Source of the DNA: Girardia tigrina
Taxonomy: Eukaryota
Direction: 5' to 3'
DNA length: 63,415 nucleotides
Assembly: GCA_001938485.1 (NCBI GenBank)
Contig: MQRK01167267.1
Location: 38,647-102,061 of the forward strand
How positions within the stretch are numbered: position 1 is the first letter of the stretch; every line of letters begins with the position of its first letter. The translations under genes and the position numbers were made by a program. Below the pieces are notes generated by a model. It ran no database searches. It saw only the letters and a program-made list of their open reading frames with translations, and was not told where the DNA came from. Shown here piece after piece: positions 25,469-38,568 of the stretch.

Positions 25469-25794
25469 AAGAGATAGCGATTCGAGGTGTAACAAAGGCA
25501 GAGGAGATCGAAAATATACAAATGAGGATGTATGAATACGGGAAAGAGAAAAGAAATTCACCGATTGCAACATATAGCACAAGGAAAGAAAACAATTGGA
25601 AAACTGTGGAGAATAAAAGAAGAACACCAAAACCACGGAACGACGAAGTAAAAAGAGACGGTACAAGTCAAAACTATAAAGTCAGAAAAATAATTTGTTG
25701 GGCCTGCCATGAGGAAGGTCACCTGAGAAAAGAATGTCCGAACGTTAAGTGTAGTCATTGTCAAAGAAGAGGACACCAACGAACACAATGTTAT

Positions 25795-26271
25795 TATTAG
25801 TGGTTCTTGGGATATCGTCGGAATTATTAGTAGCAGACATTAAAACTTTTATTATACCACCAACAAATGTTTAAATCTAATATTTAAACAAATTTATTTC
25901 TTTTAGAAACTATTTGTTTTATAGATCTTAAACCGATATAGATAAAAATACATATAAATATTCATATTTGATTTTTTTATTACTTCTATAATCACTTTTC
26001 GATTACGATAACACTTTAATATATTTAATCGTTTCATTTAATTTTATTACTTTTTTAAAATCGTTTCACATAAAAATTATACACTTTTTTTTACTTTCTA
26101 TATTATATTAAAACTCTCAAAAAATTTTTATTAGCAATTTAATTGATCTTCTTAATTTTAGTAATTTTATTTTTTCGAATGTTACATATTTAATTATATA
26201 AAAATTTTAATTTGTACATATTAAATATAGCCTTCTTTCAAAAATTTTCCTAACATTTTTAATTCCTAATA
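25795..26271. mobile_element. 477-bp solo-LTR-like insertion with 5-bp TSD
   Basis: TSD GTTAT (25790-94, 26272-76) and termini TATTAG...CTAATA. Removing it fuses ORF 25444 and ORF 26391 in frame (QCY-ETPNRFKERDQ...LAYMNKK). Confidence 0.85.
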
Positions 26272-28329
26272 GTTATGAAACCCCAAATAGGTTTAAAGAA
26301 CGTGACCAACAAAAATGGGACAAAAATAGAAATTATTGGAATGACAGGAGAGATTATTCTAATCAGAGATATAGAGAACGACTGGCATATATGAATAAGA
26401 AACAACACTTGGCGGAGTTAGATGACAGGGATGATGAAATGGACAGGAGATCGGAAATGTCTGATAGAAGAGATGAGAATATAGCAAGAGATTATTCTAG
26501 AAGAAGAAGAACAGGGAAACGAGAACGCACGATCACAAAGAGAGGTGATCTGTGTGTTTCATTAGAAAACCAATGTAAATGTATGTTTGATTGTATGTAT
26601 AAATGTGTGTGTGCTTGTATGTTTGATTTTACGGATGGAAATATTCCTCAAGAGATGTGCGAACTTGAATGCGAAGATATTGTAAATCGAGAACAGTGTA
26701 ATAGTATGACAACTCAAAATGATAAGAAACTAAATGGTAAAATGGAAATATTGAAGATATCAAAGTTTAAGATAAATTATAAAGAACTAAAAGGACGTTC
26801 AAGTGTGGATTTTTACATGAAAAATAGGAAAGTTCATTGCCTTTTGGACACTGGAGCAAGAGTAAATGTAATTAAAGCGGAGATAATTAAAAATATGAAA
26901 GATATTAAAATAAGAGAAACGAAGAAACGTATCCATTGCGCAAATGATTCAGAACTGATCAATTATGGAATCGTTCAATTAAATGTGGCTATTGAGGGAA
27001 CACAAAAGTTAATAGAGTTTTCTGTGGTCAAAGAACTAGACCCCGAAATGATCGCAGGTATAGATTTCTTGGATAAATTCGGAATAAAACTGAAAAGACA
27101 GACACCTCGAGGTGGAGAAATATTGGTGATTAGAGACAACCCATCAGATGAGGACAGACTAAGAAGAATAATGGATATATTTGACAAGCAAATTGACGGG
27201 CAATTAATGAAGATTCTAGCAAATTATAAATCAATATTCATGACTGATAAGTGGGATATTGGGAAAACATCATTGACAAAACACAGAATAGAAACATACG
27301 GGGATCCAATACTAGTAAAACCTTATCGGTAAGCAAAACACTTTGAGGAAAAACTGGATGATGTTATTAAAAATTTCGAAGAAAATGACATAATCGAAAA
27401 GTGTAGCTCACCATGGAATTTCCCATTAGTATGCGTATGGAAGAAGGAAAAAACAAGATATTCGAGTGTGTGTAGACTTCCGCCAGTTGAATAGAATTAC
27501 CGTCAGGCCAGCGTTTCCTATGCCAAATGTAGATGATATGCTGAACACACTGAATGGAGCGCAATATTTTAGTACAATTGATCTTGGGAACGAGTACTAT
27601 CAAGTCGAGTTGGAAGAAGAATACAAGATTAAAACAGCATTCTCAACAAAGAAGGGACAGTATTGTTTCAAAAGAATGTCGTTTGGGATAGCAGCAGCCC
27701 CAGAAACTTTCAAGAGCTAATGGTCAAAGTCCTAGGAGATTTAAACTGGAAAGAGGCAGTAGTATATTTGGACGATATTTTGGTTTTTGCAAAAAATAAA
27801 GAAGAGCATATGCAACGAATAAAAAATGTACTGAAAAAAATAAAGGAAGCAAGTTTAAGAATTAACCCAGAAAATTTCCAATTTCCAACAGAAAGAACGA
27901 AGTTTTTAGGATATATTGTCAGTAAGAATGGTATAGAAACTGATCAAACAAAGATTGAAGCCATTAAAAAATTTCAGAACCCATCATGTATCTAACATTT
28001 GAGAAGTTTCTTGGGTCTAACAAATTACTACAGAAAATTTTTAAAAGATTACGCAAAATACTCAAAAGTATTGGAGGGTTTGTGTAGTAAGAATAAAGAC
28101 AAGAAAATAATATGGACTGAAGAATGCGAGGAAGCTTTTCGAAAATTGAAAGAAAAAATGAACGGCGTATCCTGATTTTGAGAAGGAGTTTATACTGGAT
28201 ACGAATACAAGCTTCGATACAATCGGGGCAGTTTTATCACAGAATGACACGTAGAGAGAGAGTGATCGCGTATGAATAGCGTATAATAAATTAAAATAAT
28301 TTAAAATTAATAGAAATCGTCGTAATTTA

Positions 28330-28642
28330 ACTAAAATTCGTTTAAAAATGATTTTAAATAAAACAGTAATTATCTAGATTTTTATAATATATTTTAAAGA
28401 TTTTTTATAAAATATTTAAATGTCAATTTATAAATTAACGTAATCAAAAAATAATAGATTCAATTTTTAATTAACTTTTATAAATAATTTATCAATATTA
28501 TAATCCAGTATTTTTATTTAAAATTAATCTGGTCAAAAGAAAACAAAAGAAGTTCCTCAAGAAAAATTGTTTAAATAATTGTTATTGTTATATAAATAAA
28601 ACTTGGTGTTAATGAATTATCATCTTGATCCAGAACCCAACA
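28330..28642 (+). mobile_element. 3' fragment of the AT-rich solo-LTR family
   Basis: Matches ~10850-11111 and ends CTTGATCCAGAACCCAACA. Confidence 0.7.
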
Positions 28643-31085
28643 AATTCCATTCGACGAAATTTAAACAATCTGTCAATTAAAAACGGGCACGATATAATCT
28701 CGAAACAAACCATAATTTTTTAATACAACCACGTCTTACGATGTAGTAGTTTATGTTTAAAAATTTATTTTTAATTTGGCAAATTTTTTTTATTCTTTTT
28801 AATTATTTAATATTATTTTTTAATCTTTTTTTTAAATAAAAAGATGGATTTATAAATCAAATGAGCAATGTTAAGTTATGGTTTCAAGTTTATATCAATT
28901 CGTAACATTATTATTAATATAGAATCCGTTTCTTCGGGAATTAACAAAACAACTCCGATTTCCGTCAGCTTTGGGAAGAGTCTTATTTTTATAGCGAAGA
29001 GTATCCATAAGAATTTATTTGATAAGAATAGCGGTGCATTTCAGGTTGAGTAGAACACATGCTTGGTAAAATATAATGACAATGAGGAAAATAATACAAT
29101 TTTATAAGGTCTTAAATTCATTATTGAAGAAATATTCAAAAAAGATTCATCAGTTTCTTCTGAAATCTTTTCATTGATTTCCACACTTTCATAAATATAT
29201 AAACTACATTCATATATCCACATTATTCCGACGACCAGCTATTACTCACGCACCTCTAAGGGACAAAAACTTGGCCTCCGTTTTACGATGAAACACTGAC
29301 ATTCACTCTTTTAAATGATTTAAATTAGATGAAAAAGGCGGAAAAAGGAATATACACGTTGCAGACCATAACCAAAAAAAGCGTTCAGCGGCAAAGGGAT
29401 TTTTATTTATTTATGTTTTCATTGCATTATATTCACAGTACTATTATTTATTATGTACTTTAATTTAAAATAATATCTTTTAAACTTAAACGTTAAGATA
29501 AGAGAATTTTTGTTCAATAAATAATCTGATGAAGTTTGATTTATCAATAGTTTGTCGCATAGAGATAATAAAACAGCCTGTTTTTGAAATACAACTTTTT
29601 TTAGCATTTTCTGAAAAATTTAATAAATTAATATGAACAATAAAAAATTAATAAAAACTATGACAAACAATAAAATAGATGAAAATAAAATAGATAAAAT
29701 AAAATGAAAACTATAAAAAAATAAAAAAATCATAATTATAAAAACGATAAAAATTATTAAAATCTACAAATTTTAATAGCATCAACCAAAACAATAAAAG
29801 TTTTAATGAAAACCTTATATTCAGAACACAGACTTTTTAAAAAAAAATACAATCTATTTTTTCATTTTTGTTTATATTTTAAAATCTTTTTTATCCATAA
29901 TAATGATCTATTTAAAGTTGAAAGGACAATAGTAAATAAATGAGTTAGAATTTATTGAATTTTTACAATTTAAATGCTTACACGAAGACAAGGTTATATG
30001 AGAATAGTGTTAATGTCTCAAGAAGCTGCAACATTACAAAAGGCAGTATTATTGATATATTTGGATGTGTAAATCATGTACTCAAAAGACCTCAGTTAGA
30101 ACAAGAACCATTCCAAAGAATTCAAAATCAGATGAAAAGACCTCTTAAGTTAGTACGACGAAGAATTGGTATTGGATACCCGTACAGTTTAGTTTTTCTA
30201 AAAATGGTTAAATGCATTCTGGTTTACATTGGAGACAGGCCATGATGTTAACTTTGAAAATATAAGAGGAGTCCGCTTAACAATTTAAATAAAGATCATA
30301 AATTAAATCTCCCAAGAAGATCTCGCAATGATCTTGGAGACTGTTTCTAGAATTGCAGCAAAGCAACCCATGGATGCAGGAAATGAAAACCTTGCTTTAT
30401 CTTCACCGCTTCATGCATCTATCACTAAGGAAGATATGATTGCATCAATGACCAGCAAAATGAGCAAAGAAAACGAAAAACGAAATTATTCCGATAAACT
30501 GAAAATGGGTTGAAAAAGATTTGTTGTCCAGGCTCTTTTTGGTACTTACCAAAAGGAGTAGAAAATTGTCCAGCAAGGTGACTGGGTATTAGAAGAAACT
30601 CCTAGCTTTAAGATCAACACACGCATTACGACAACAGTCGCTAACTGGGTGTACAATGAAATGCATAAATTATTCGAGGTTTAGCCAAAGGAACAAACTT
30701 TAAATGAGCAACGAGCTCGTCTTTGCTTTCGATCAATTACGACTGGACAGGGAGAGTTTGTCGTTTTATCCGATTCAGAAAATTGATGATGAGGAGTGGA
30801 TTGATTGATTGATTAAATGATTTTTATTTTTAATAAATCTTTAATATACAAAATTTTTTTCATGTTCTTTTTCAGTAAAAATTTTGAATTCAAATTAAAT
30901 TAAATAGTAGAGAAATGATAATTAATCAAGAACCTGAGATATACCTGATTCTCCTCACTGGTTAGAATAATGGGGCTAGAAGAGGGTAGTCGGGTATTAT
31001 ATGAATCTATCCACACTTTGCAGAGGCATATCTAAGTAATATGTGAGTCAAAGAAGTCTCATGCGAAAACTTACAGTAAACCAAT

Positions 31086-31121
<36 letters not shown>

Positions 31122-31616
31122 AAAAAAATAAGATAAAATCGAACATGTATCATATTATAAAACATTATTTAGCTAACCATAAAATTATTAGACAAATATT
31201 AATCACAATTAATTCATTCATATTCAAAGGCTAAATAAAAATTCTTAGTCACATATCAGAATACGTTTACCCTCACACCCCAGTTTATATGATTCCAAAT
31301 TTGAGTACTGAATTAATCCTTTTCTATCCGAAATATAATTTCACTATCCCTTATAAAAATTATTTTTTGACTTTGGAAAATATTATTTTAAAAAAATAAA
31401 ATAATCAGCACTAATTGCTTATTCGTCAAATAACTGTTTTAAGAAGAAAAATGCTTCAATTTCTTTTCTTGATGAATAATTGTGATTGTTAATTCATTAA
31501 TTAATTTAATTTATCTCTTTTTGTTATTTTTAATTTATAATTTTTAATATTATTTATTTCATAGAAATTATAGAAACTATTTATGAAAAAGAATATCAAT
31601 ATAAACACTTTTTCTG

Positions 31617-32932
31617 GGGATCAGGAGAAAACGTCGCAGGGAAAAACGTCGCAAAAACGTCGAAGGGAAAAAACGTCCCAGGAAAAAATTTCGCAAGAAA
31701 AAACGTCAGAAGGAAAATTTTTTTTTCAAAATATTGATAATATTTTTTTGTAGTAAATGTAGTCGCTGAATTTATGATATTATTGTTTTTAGTAAATTTT
31801 TTTATGAAGGATAATATTTTTTGACACAGAAATGATAATCATATTTCATGAAAAATTTTTAATTATTAATTAATTACAAATACCTTGTGGAAAATACATT
31901 ATCAAATTTTTAAAAGGGAAAATCAATAATTTAAGTAAAATGATTGAAGTGCTGGCCTCCAGATTGGTCAGTGAAGGCCAGCACCCGTTTCTCGTGCGGG
32001 AAATTACCGTTCGGACGAACGGATCGACCGGTCCAGTACCGACCAGAGTTCAATCTCATTCGACCGATATCGGTCGGTGCACCGCTGAGTAGCCGTCCCC
32101 ATCCGGTTTGATGAGGTTTTTCGTACCGCATCTCCATCTCTGTGACAGCCGACACCGTTCGAGAAGATGAACAATTCGCTCGGTTCGTCGATACACGCCC
32201 GAGTGCGTGATCGGTGACATTAAGGGGATCCGTCATGCGTCGCAAAATTTATATTATTACCTGATAATTTTCACAAGGATAATTTTCACATTAAAATTTG
32301 AATAAAATCTTTACAGTAAATAATGAAAAAGCAACCCAAATTCAAATATATATTATAATAAAATTGTTTCACATGTCATTAATCATTAAAAAATATCTTT
32401 AATATAATATGTTACAGGCGACACGTCTAATGAATTATATGATGTCCCGATTTGAGTATTGACTCACAACACGTTGTAGTCTAATCGCACAGTCCCGATA
32501 TTTTCGTTTCTTTAGTGGAAGTTGACCACCAGCAATAATCTGTTCAATTATGCCTTCATTAAAACTCTACTGGCTTTTTAATGAAGACTGAGATGCAACA
32601 AAAAGTTTATTAAATGATCGATACCATGCTTCATACGAATTGTTCGTTTTGGGCTCCCCATTCGCTGCAGCATTGTAGCAATTTCAAAGAGAATGAGAAT
32701 ATCTTGGTTGACGTCGAATTAATCGGCGATCAAAATGACCAATCAAGTTATTTTCAACATAATCTAAAACAGCTTGTGCTTTACTCTAAAAAATAATATC
32801 ATAAATTCGGCGACGAAATATACCACAAAACATATAATAACTAATTCGGCGACAAAATTATATTATCATAAATTTTGACAAAAATATTTACTGAGAGATG
32901 TTTTTTACTGCGATGTTTTTTCCCCGGATCCT
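31617..32932 (-). mobile_element. non-autonomous Mutator-like element (MULE) with transposase C-terminal remnant
   Basis: TIRs GGGATCAGGAGAAAACGTCGCAG / CTGCGATGTTTTTTCCCCGGATCC, tandem AAAACGTCGC subterminal repeats and 9-bp TSD CTTTTTCTG/TTTTTTCTG. Minus strand ~32775-32410 reads LDYVENNLIG..RRQPRYS.SL*NCY..PKTNNSYEAWYRSFN..KKRKYRD. Confidence 0.85.
31949..32243. repeat. GC-rich module, copy C (inside the MULE)
   Basis: Homologous to 19408-19675; perfect 10-bp stem GTGCTGGCCT/AGGCCAGCAC. Confidence 0.8.
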
Positions 32933-34289
32933 TTTTTTCTGTCTTTTCTTTATCATATTACTTTGCTCCTTTTTATGCACTAAATTATATAATATATTGT
33001 AGTTAATCTACAGTTAATTATATAAACTATTGTAGGTGACAATTAAAAACTGGGTTTCCAGATAAAGTCTTAAGTCGATAGAAGAATTTATGAGATTACA
33101 ATAGGTAAATTTAGAAAACATTAAATGAGGTAATTGATCTAACTTCGATCACTTGACTCACTTGAATCGAATAAATAATGAATATAAAATTTTTTGATTA
33201 TAAACTATATTATACAATAAAATAGAACAAAATGCAGAGATAGGTAAAATGAGCTCGTATCACTGGATAATAAAAAAAGAGAATAATCATTTAAAATAAT
33301 AATAAAATACCTTAATAATTGTTGATATTAGTTTTCTCATCTATTGTAACAAGGTGCCCATAAATTGTTGCAGCAAGAAGATTTTCAAAGGTCGACCTGT
33401 AATTTGTTTTCACAATTTACTTCATTGTCTTCCTCATACCTTCTTGCAAAGTTGCAATGTAAATCGTCGTCTTACTTCGTCACTGGGTAATTACTGACTT
33501 TTTATATGATAAATATTTAGATATTATATTAAATTTGTCCTCATCAATCGACGTGCATATCTTTCTACCCATTCTGTCATTATTGACCACTAAGTGGACG
33601 GTCTCACGACAGAGACTGGATAAAAAATGAATATAAGAAAGGCAGATCGTGCACTATAATTTTAGTTTTTTATTTTTTTTGAACTGAAATGTTTTATAGA
33701 TATATTGAAGAAACTTTTTATACTTAATCTTGCATAAAGAGTACTAATGACTTGAATCTTTTTCAAATAAATTAAAATATTATTTTTATTCGAATGTCAA
33801 GGATTATTTTCCTAGTGAATGAGACATATAAACATAATTAACATAATGTTATAATATTTAAACAGAAATCAAACAGCTGTTTTACAAATATGATCAGTTA
33901 AAATTTGTTTCAGTTAACGGAAATCTTTTTCCAATAAATTGTTTTTCCAATAACGATTCTTTCGTGTTAAATAAAATTTCAAAACTATTTCTTTTTCCAA
34001 AATAAGATTTATATTAAATAAAATTTTCCATATTGTACACAGTGTATACCAAATATACCTTAACGTAAAATTTAAGTCACAAACTTATCCAACATGTAAG
34101 ATAAAATTTTGAAGAGTTTTTTAATCAATAATATTAAGTGATATTTCTACATTAAAAAACCTACATAAAAAACTCTGTGTTGTATAAAGTTGTTTTATAG
34201 CCTCCATTCATCCTAGTGACAAGAATGTCTAGAAAGGGAAGTTTATTATCTACTTCCAATTCTGTGGTAAATTTAATATTCGATTGAAG

Positions 34290-34771
34290 ACCATTCATGA
34301 ATGTTAGGATGAATGGATGCTATAAAACGGAATTATTCAGAAAGGCAACAGATACAGGTCTTTACACAACACCACAGAGTTTTTGTGTGGAAAAATACAG
34401 AGATGGTATGATAAAAGAGCTTGTTCACAGAATTTGGAATTTGTCGTCCAGTTTTGAAATTGCAAATCACGGTTTAAATATTCTTAGAAGGCGCTTGAGG
34501 GACAATATGTATACAAATAAGCAAATAGAACACAACATTCGGGTAACATTAGACAAATTATGTACAGATGTACGAGTTAAAAAAACAATTAAAAGAAGAA
34601 AGTACTGAAGAATACAAACAAATCATTAAGATTCCATATTCTGAAGGATTTAGAGCATTTAAGAAGAGTATTTGTAGAACAATAAGTAGTGGTAAAGTAG
34701 TCTCTGTCACATCCAAAGTTCAAAGTTTCCTCTCAAACAAATCGAAAACAGTTTGTGATTTGCAAGCTAAT
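34290..34771 (+). mobile_element. Penelope-like element fragment (RT thumb/linker), runs into a gap
   Basis: TELFRKATDTGLY..SF....K..MIKELVHRIWNLSS, then IKIPYS; parallels the minus-strand PLE at 36060-36587. Confidence 0.8.
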
Positions 34772-35338
34772 NNNNNNNNNNNNNNNNNNNNNNNNNNNNN
34801 NNNNNNNNNNNNNNNNNNNNNNNNNNNNNNNNNNNNNNNNNNNNNNNNNNNNNNNNNNNNNNNNNNNNNNNNNNNNNNNNNNNNNNNNNNNNNNNNNNNN
34901 NNNNNNNNNNNNNNNNNNNNNNNNNNNNNNNNNNNNNNNNNNNNNNNNNNNNNNNNNNNNNNNNNNNNNNNNNNNNNNNNNNNNNNNNNNNNNNNNNNNN
35001 NNNNNNNNNNNNNNNNNNNNNNNNNNNNNNNNNNNNNNNNNNNNNNNNNNNNNNNNNNNNNNNNNNNNNNNNNNNNNNNNNNNNNNNNNNNNNNNNNNNN
35101 NNNNNNNNNNNNNNNNNNNNNNNNNNNNNNNNNNNNNNNNNNNNNNNNNNNNNNNNNNNNNNNNNNNNNNNNNNNNNNNNNNNNNNNNNNNNNNNNNNNN
35201 NNNNNNNNNNNNNNNNNNNNNNNNNNNNNNNNNNNNNNNNNNNNNNNNNNNNNNNNNNNNNNNNNNNNNNNNNNNNNNNNNNNNNNNNNNNNNNNNNNNN
35301 NNNNNNNNNNNNNNNNNNNNNNNNNNNNNNNNNNNNNN

Positions 35339-35372
<34 letters not shown>

Positions 35373-35374
<2 letters not shown>

Positions 35375-36830
35375 CTAGAACTGAAAATGGCATTTTTAAT
35401 AATAATGCAAACAAAGGCTTTTTTCAGTATTAAATTTATTCACAATACATACGCGTTTCTCCATTTCGGCATCTTCAGTGCAATGAAATAAAGTGATTAA
35501 TTAATATTTATATAGTTGAAAACTATTACATCATACGTCTCAAAAACATGCTTTTTTTAAAAAAAGTATTTTAATGATATTTAAAAAACTTTAATATGAT
35601 TAGATGTATCACCTTGCATGTTTAAGCATGGTTTATGATGATTTATTAACAATTATTCGGCAATAATCCTTTCATAATTTGTGCCAAAATTAAATCTTTA
35701 TTGTAATCCATAAGATTACCTTTAAATCTTTTAATATGGCTCAATATCGAACTATTTCTACTCGATTGAGTATGTTTTGCAATTCTAGTGCGGAGATGAG
35801 GACTTGTCTCTCCAATGTACAAGGCTTCGTACTTGTGACATTTGAATTGATAAACTAGATTTGCCTAAATACACAAAGGAGTTTTTGATTTCTTGGAAAA
35901 ATAGTTCCAGCATTTATTAGTTACAAAGATTACTCTCTATTTTAAGCCAACAGGTGTTCCATGTTCTAAAAATCGTTTGAACTCTTTTGCTCTCCCTGAA
36001 TACGGTAATTTTAGATTGATAGTCATTTGATTATCAATGTCATTTCCCGAAGTTATATTTTATGTATTATTTGATTTTAAATAAATGGATTCAACAGTAT
36101 CTTTTATGATTTTATTTAAATACTTTTTATTAAATCCATTTTTAGAAAGCCTATTATGAAGTTCATCAACTTCATTATCAAATATCTCAAAGGTGTATGT
36201 TAAACCCCAGACTCTATGTATCAAACCTTTAATCATGTTCCTATCGTATTTTTGGTCAGAAAAACTGTTTGGACAACTGTGCAAACCTGTATCAGTTGGT
36301 TTTCGATATATTCGAGTCTGATATTTATCTTTAATTATTTTAATTAACACATCTAAGAATGATAGTTTATTACTATTTTCCATTTCAAAGGTAAACTTGA
36401 TATTAGGGTGAAGATCATTTACAAACTCTAAAAAGCGTGAGATATTATCTTCACCTTTAAATATAAGAAAAGTGTCATCAACATATCTCGTATAAAATAA
36501 AGGTAATTCACCATTAAAATTATTGAACTTTTGTTCTAAATTATGCAAAAAGATAGAGGCCATCAAAGGCGCTAAAGGTGAACCCATAGCGATTCAATCA
36601 GTTTGCATCAACCATTCTTCATTAAAAATAAATGGTACAGTTTTAGTACTGAATTCCAATAATTCTCTTCATGCTTTACTACTCAAGGACTTAGATTTAT
36701 CTTCTACCAAATTATCCTATAATTTGACTCATAAATTAATGGTTTCATTCAATTGAATATTGGTGAAAAGATTTACTATATCAAATGAAACCATCACTTC
36801 ACGGTCTGATTAAATATTCCAATTCAAAAT
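35373..36830 (-). mobile_element. 5'-truncated Penelope-like element: RT plus GIY-YIG endonuclease plus 3' region
   Basis: VSFDIVNLFTNI, MGSPLAP, RYVDDTF, HPNIKFTFE, LSFLDV, YRKPTDTG and GIY-YIG NLVYQFKC..YIGETSPHLRTRIAKH (~35860-35770); ends beside (TA)n. Confidence 0.92.
35446..35482 (-). ncRNA. minimal type-I hammerhead ribozyme at the PLE 3' end
   Basis: Minus strand: TGCA-CTGAAGA-T-GCC gaaat GGA-GAAA-CGCG-TA-TGTA; intact core, palindromic CGCG stem III, one stem-II mismatch. Confidence 0.85.
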
Positions 36831-36834
36831 TCGA

Positions 36835-37449
36835 TTAACAAATTAAAAACTGTCTTTTTTCCGTCGACGGAGATGAAAAGGGAATATTTTCCGTAATCTC
36901 AAAAAGGAGATTTATTGGCTCTACCCCATTATGCCCGCCCAAACCGTGGTTAAACAAGGACGTTTCGATTGCAAAGTTATGCTCTGCGTATAGTTGAATT
37001 TTGAGGGGATCATCCACATCACCCTGGTTCCAAAGGGGCGTACTGGGAATGCCAAACTCTACACTCAGCAGCTGGACAGAGTCTGTGAACGTTACCCGCA
37101 ACCGAGTCTACAATAAGACAACGCTCCGGCGCAAACTGCATGTTTGACTAATGGTAAAGTGCAAGAGCTGTAGAGGATCAACGTTTTGCTACACCCTGCC
37201 TTCAGCTCCGACATCGCCCCAGTGACTACCACCTCTTTCAAGCAATGACGCATTTTCTCAGAGGGCGGCAGTTCGATTCTTTTTAAACGACAGAGTGGTA
37301 TACCTGTGAAATCAAAAAAATGGTTGAAAAATGGTCGAAGACCATTAAAAATAAAGGCCTGTATTTTAAAGAATAAATGTGTTCTGTTTACATGCTTTGT
37401 TTTCTTGAAAATATGAGTAGAAAAACGAAAAACTTTTGAATCACCCTAG
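36835..37449 (+). mobile_element. 5'-truncated mariner remnant
   Basis: GDEKG, KVMLCV*LNFEGIIH, YTQQLDRV, DNAPA, HPAFSSDIAP.DYHLF; 3' TIR ...AAAACTTTTGAATCACCCTAG followed by TA. Confidence 0.85.
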
Positions 37450-38568
37450 TATGGTGGATTAATACCATAGAGTTTCTAAGCTTTACATGATAAGATTAAA
37501 AATTACTGAAATGATGAATGTCTTCGTTAACATAAAATAAAAATTCAAGAGTAGATATACAATTATGAAAATAGAAAAAATGTTATATTATGTGTAAACT
37601 TCAAAAGAAACAAGTAATACGAATTCGGAGGTAGAAAAGACTTTTTTAAAAATATTTAATTATTCTTTACTAATTCTTTGTCGATTTTATGCTATTTTAA
37701 TTTGATTATTTCAAAGGTCATTTAAATTATAATTATTCTTATGGAATGGACACAGATTTTAATTCCTGGTGTCATGCAAAAGTCTGACGTTCCTTTTCAA
37801 CGTTAAATCGTTTTTATATATGGTAAAAATACACAATAAGTGATATAATTTGAAATAGCTGTTTGAAATTCATAAGTAATAGAAAAACTGTTTTTCATTA
37901 ATTTTTAATTTGTCCATTATCGCCGGAAACAATGCGCGGTTCATAAAATATTCACCATCGTGTCGTGCCGAAACGAGTCGTGGATTAAAGGGTTGAGTTG
38001 TAATAATGTTAATACCGTTGTTGAGTAGTCTTTGTAAGGGGAAATTAGATAAAAAGAAATTTTCTCTAAGGTGGAATATTTTTTTGGGAGAATCACGTTA
38101 CGATTTGCTTATCTTGAATGAATGTCCGAGACAATTTGATGCTACATTAACAATAGACAATTAGTTTTACCAAACCGTACTGTCGAACAAATAAATTTTA
38201 CACATTTTCTTATTTCTTGCATTTTAAATATAATATAATAAATTTTATTAGTGTTTAATATTGGCACTTTATATGTGAGTGTTAACTTTCTAGATTACCA
38301 CTTCGATGTTTTGAGGACCCCTGAAATAATAATTGAGGAATTCATCAGAAACAAATAAATCAAAAAAATTTTTAATCCGTTATTTATGCGGGTAGAACTC
38401 TATTTGGCCAACTGAATTTTTTTGTTATCTTTTGTAGAAGTAAAAATCACTATTACAATTTTTTATCAATTTATTATGTTATTAGTAATAATTAAAACCT
38501 TTGTAGAAAGGAAAATTTCCTACAAAAAATTTTTAACTCCATTTTACAATTAAATAATTACTAATAAC

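Larger units (their letters stand above)
24030..28280 (+). mobile_element. decayed Ty3/Gypsy LTR retrotransposon (gag-PR-RT-partial RNase H) interrupted by two insertions
   Basis: Two CCHC knuckles (CWACHEEGHLRKEC, CSHCQRRGHQRTQC), protease LLDTGA, CVDFRQLN, YFSTIDL, RT YLDD, LRSFLGLTNYYRKF and RNase H start (IGAVLSQ); stops and frameshifts. Confidence 0.93.

Noticed and set aside
28860-29230. Overlapping short ORFs on both strands
   Set aside because: Low-complexity I/S/K/F peptides with stops and no motif.
33310-33620. Minus-strand GTATGA...TTACAG short-intron-like pattern
   Set aside because: The flanking frames contain stops and give no recognisable peptide.
34568-35491. Long ORFs spanning N runs (also 40791-41474, 43964-44335, 53797-54184, 61144-61905)
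   Set aside because: Artefacts of gaps and (TA)n translation (X and YIYI runs).
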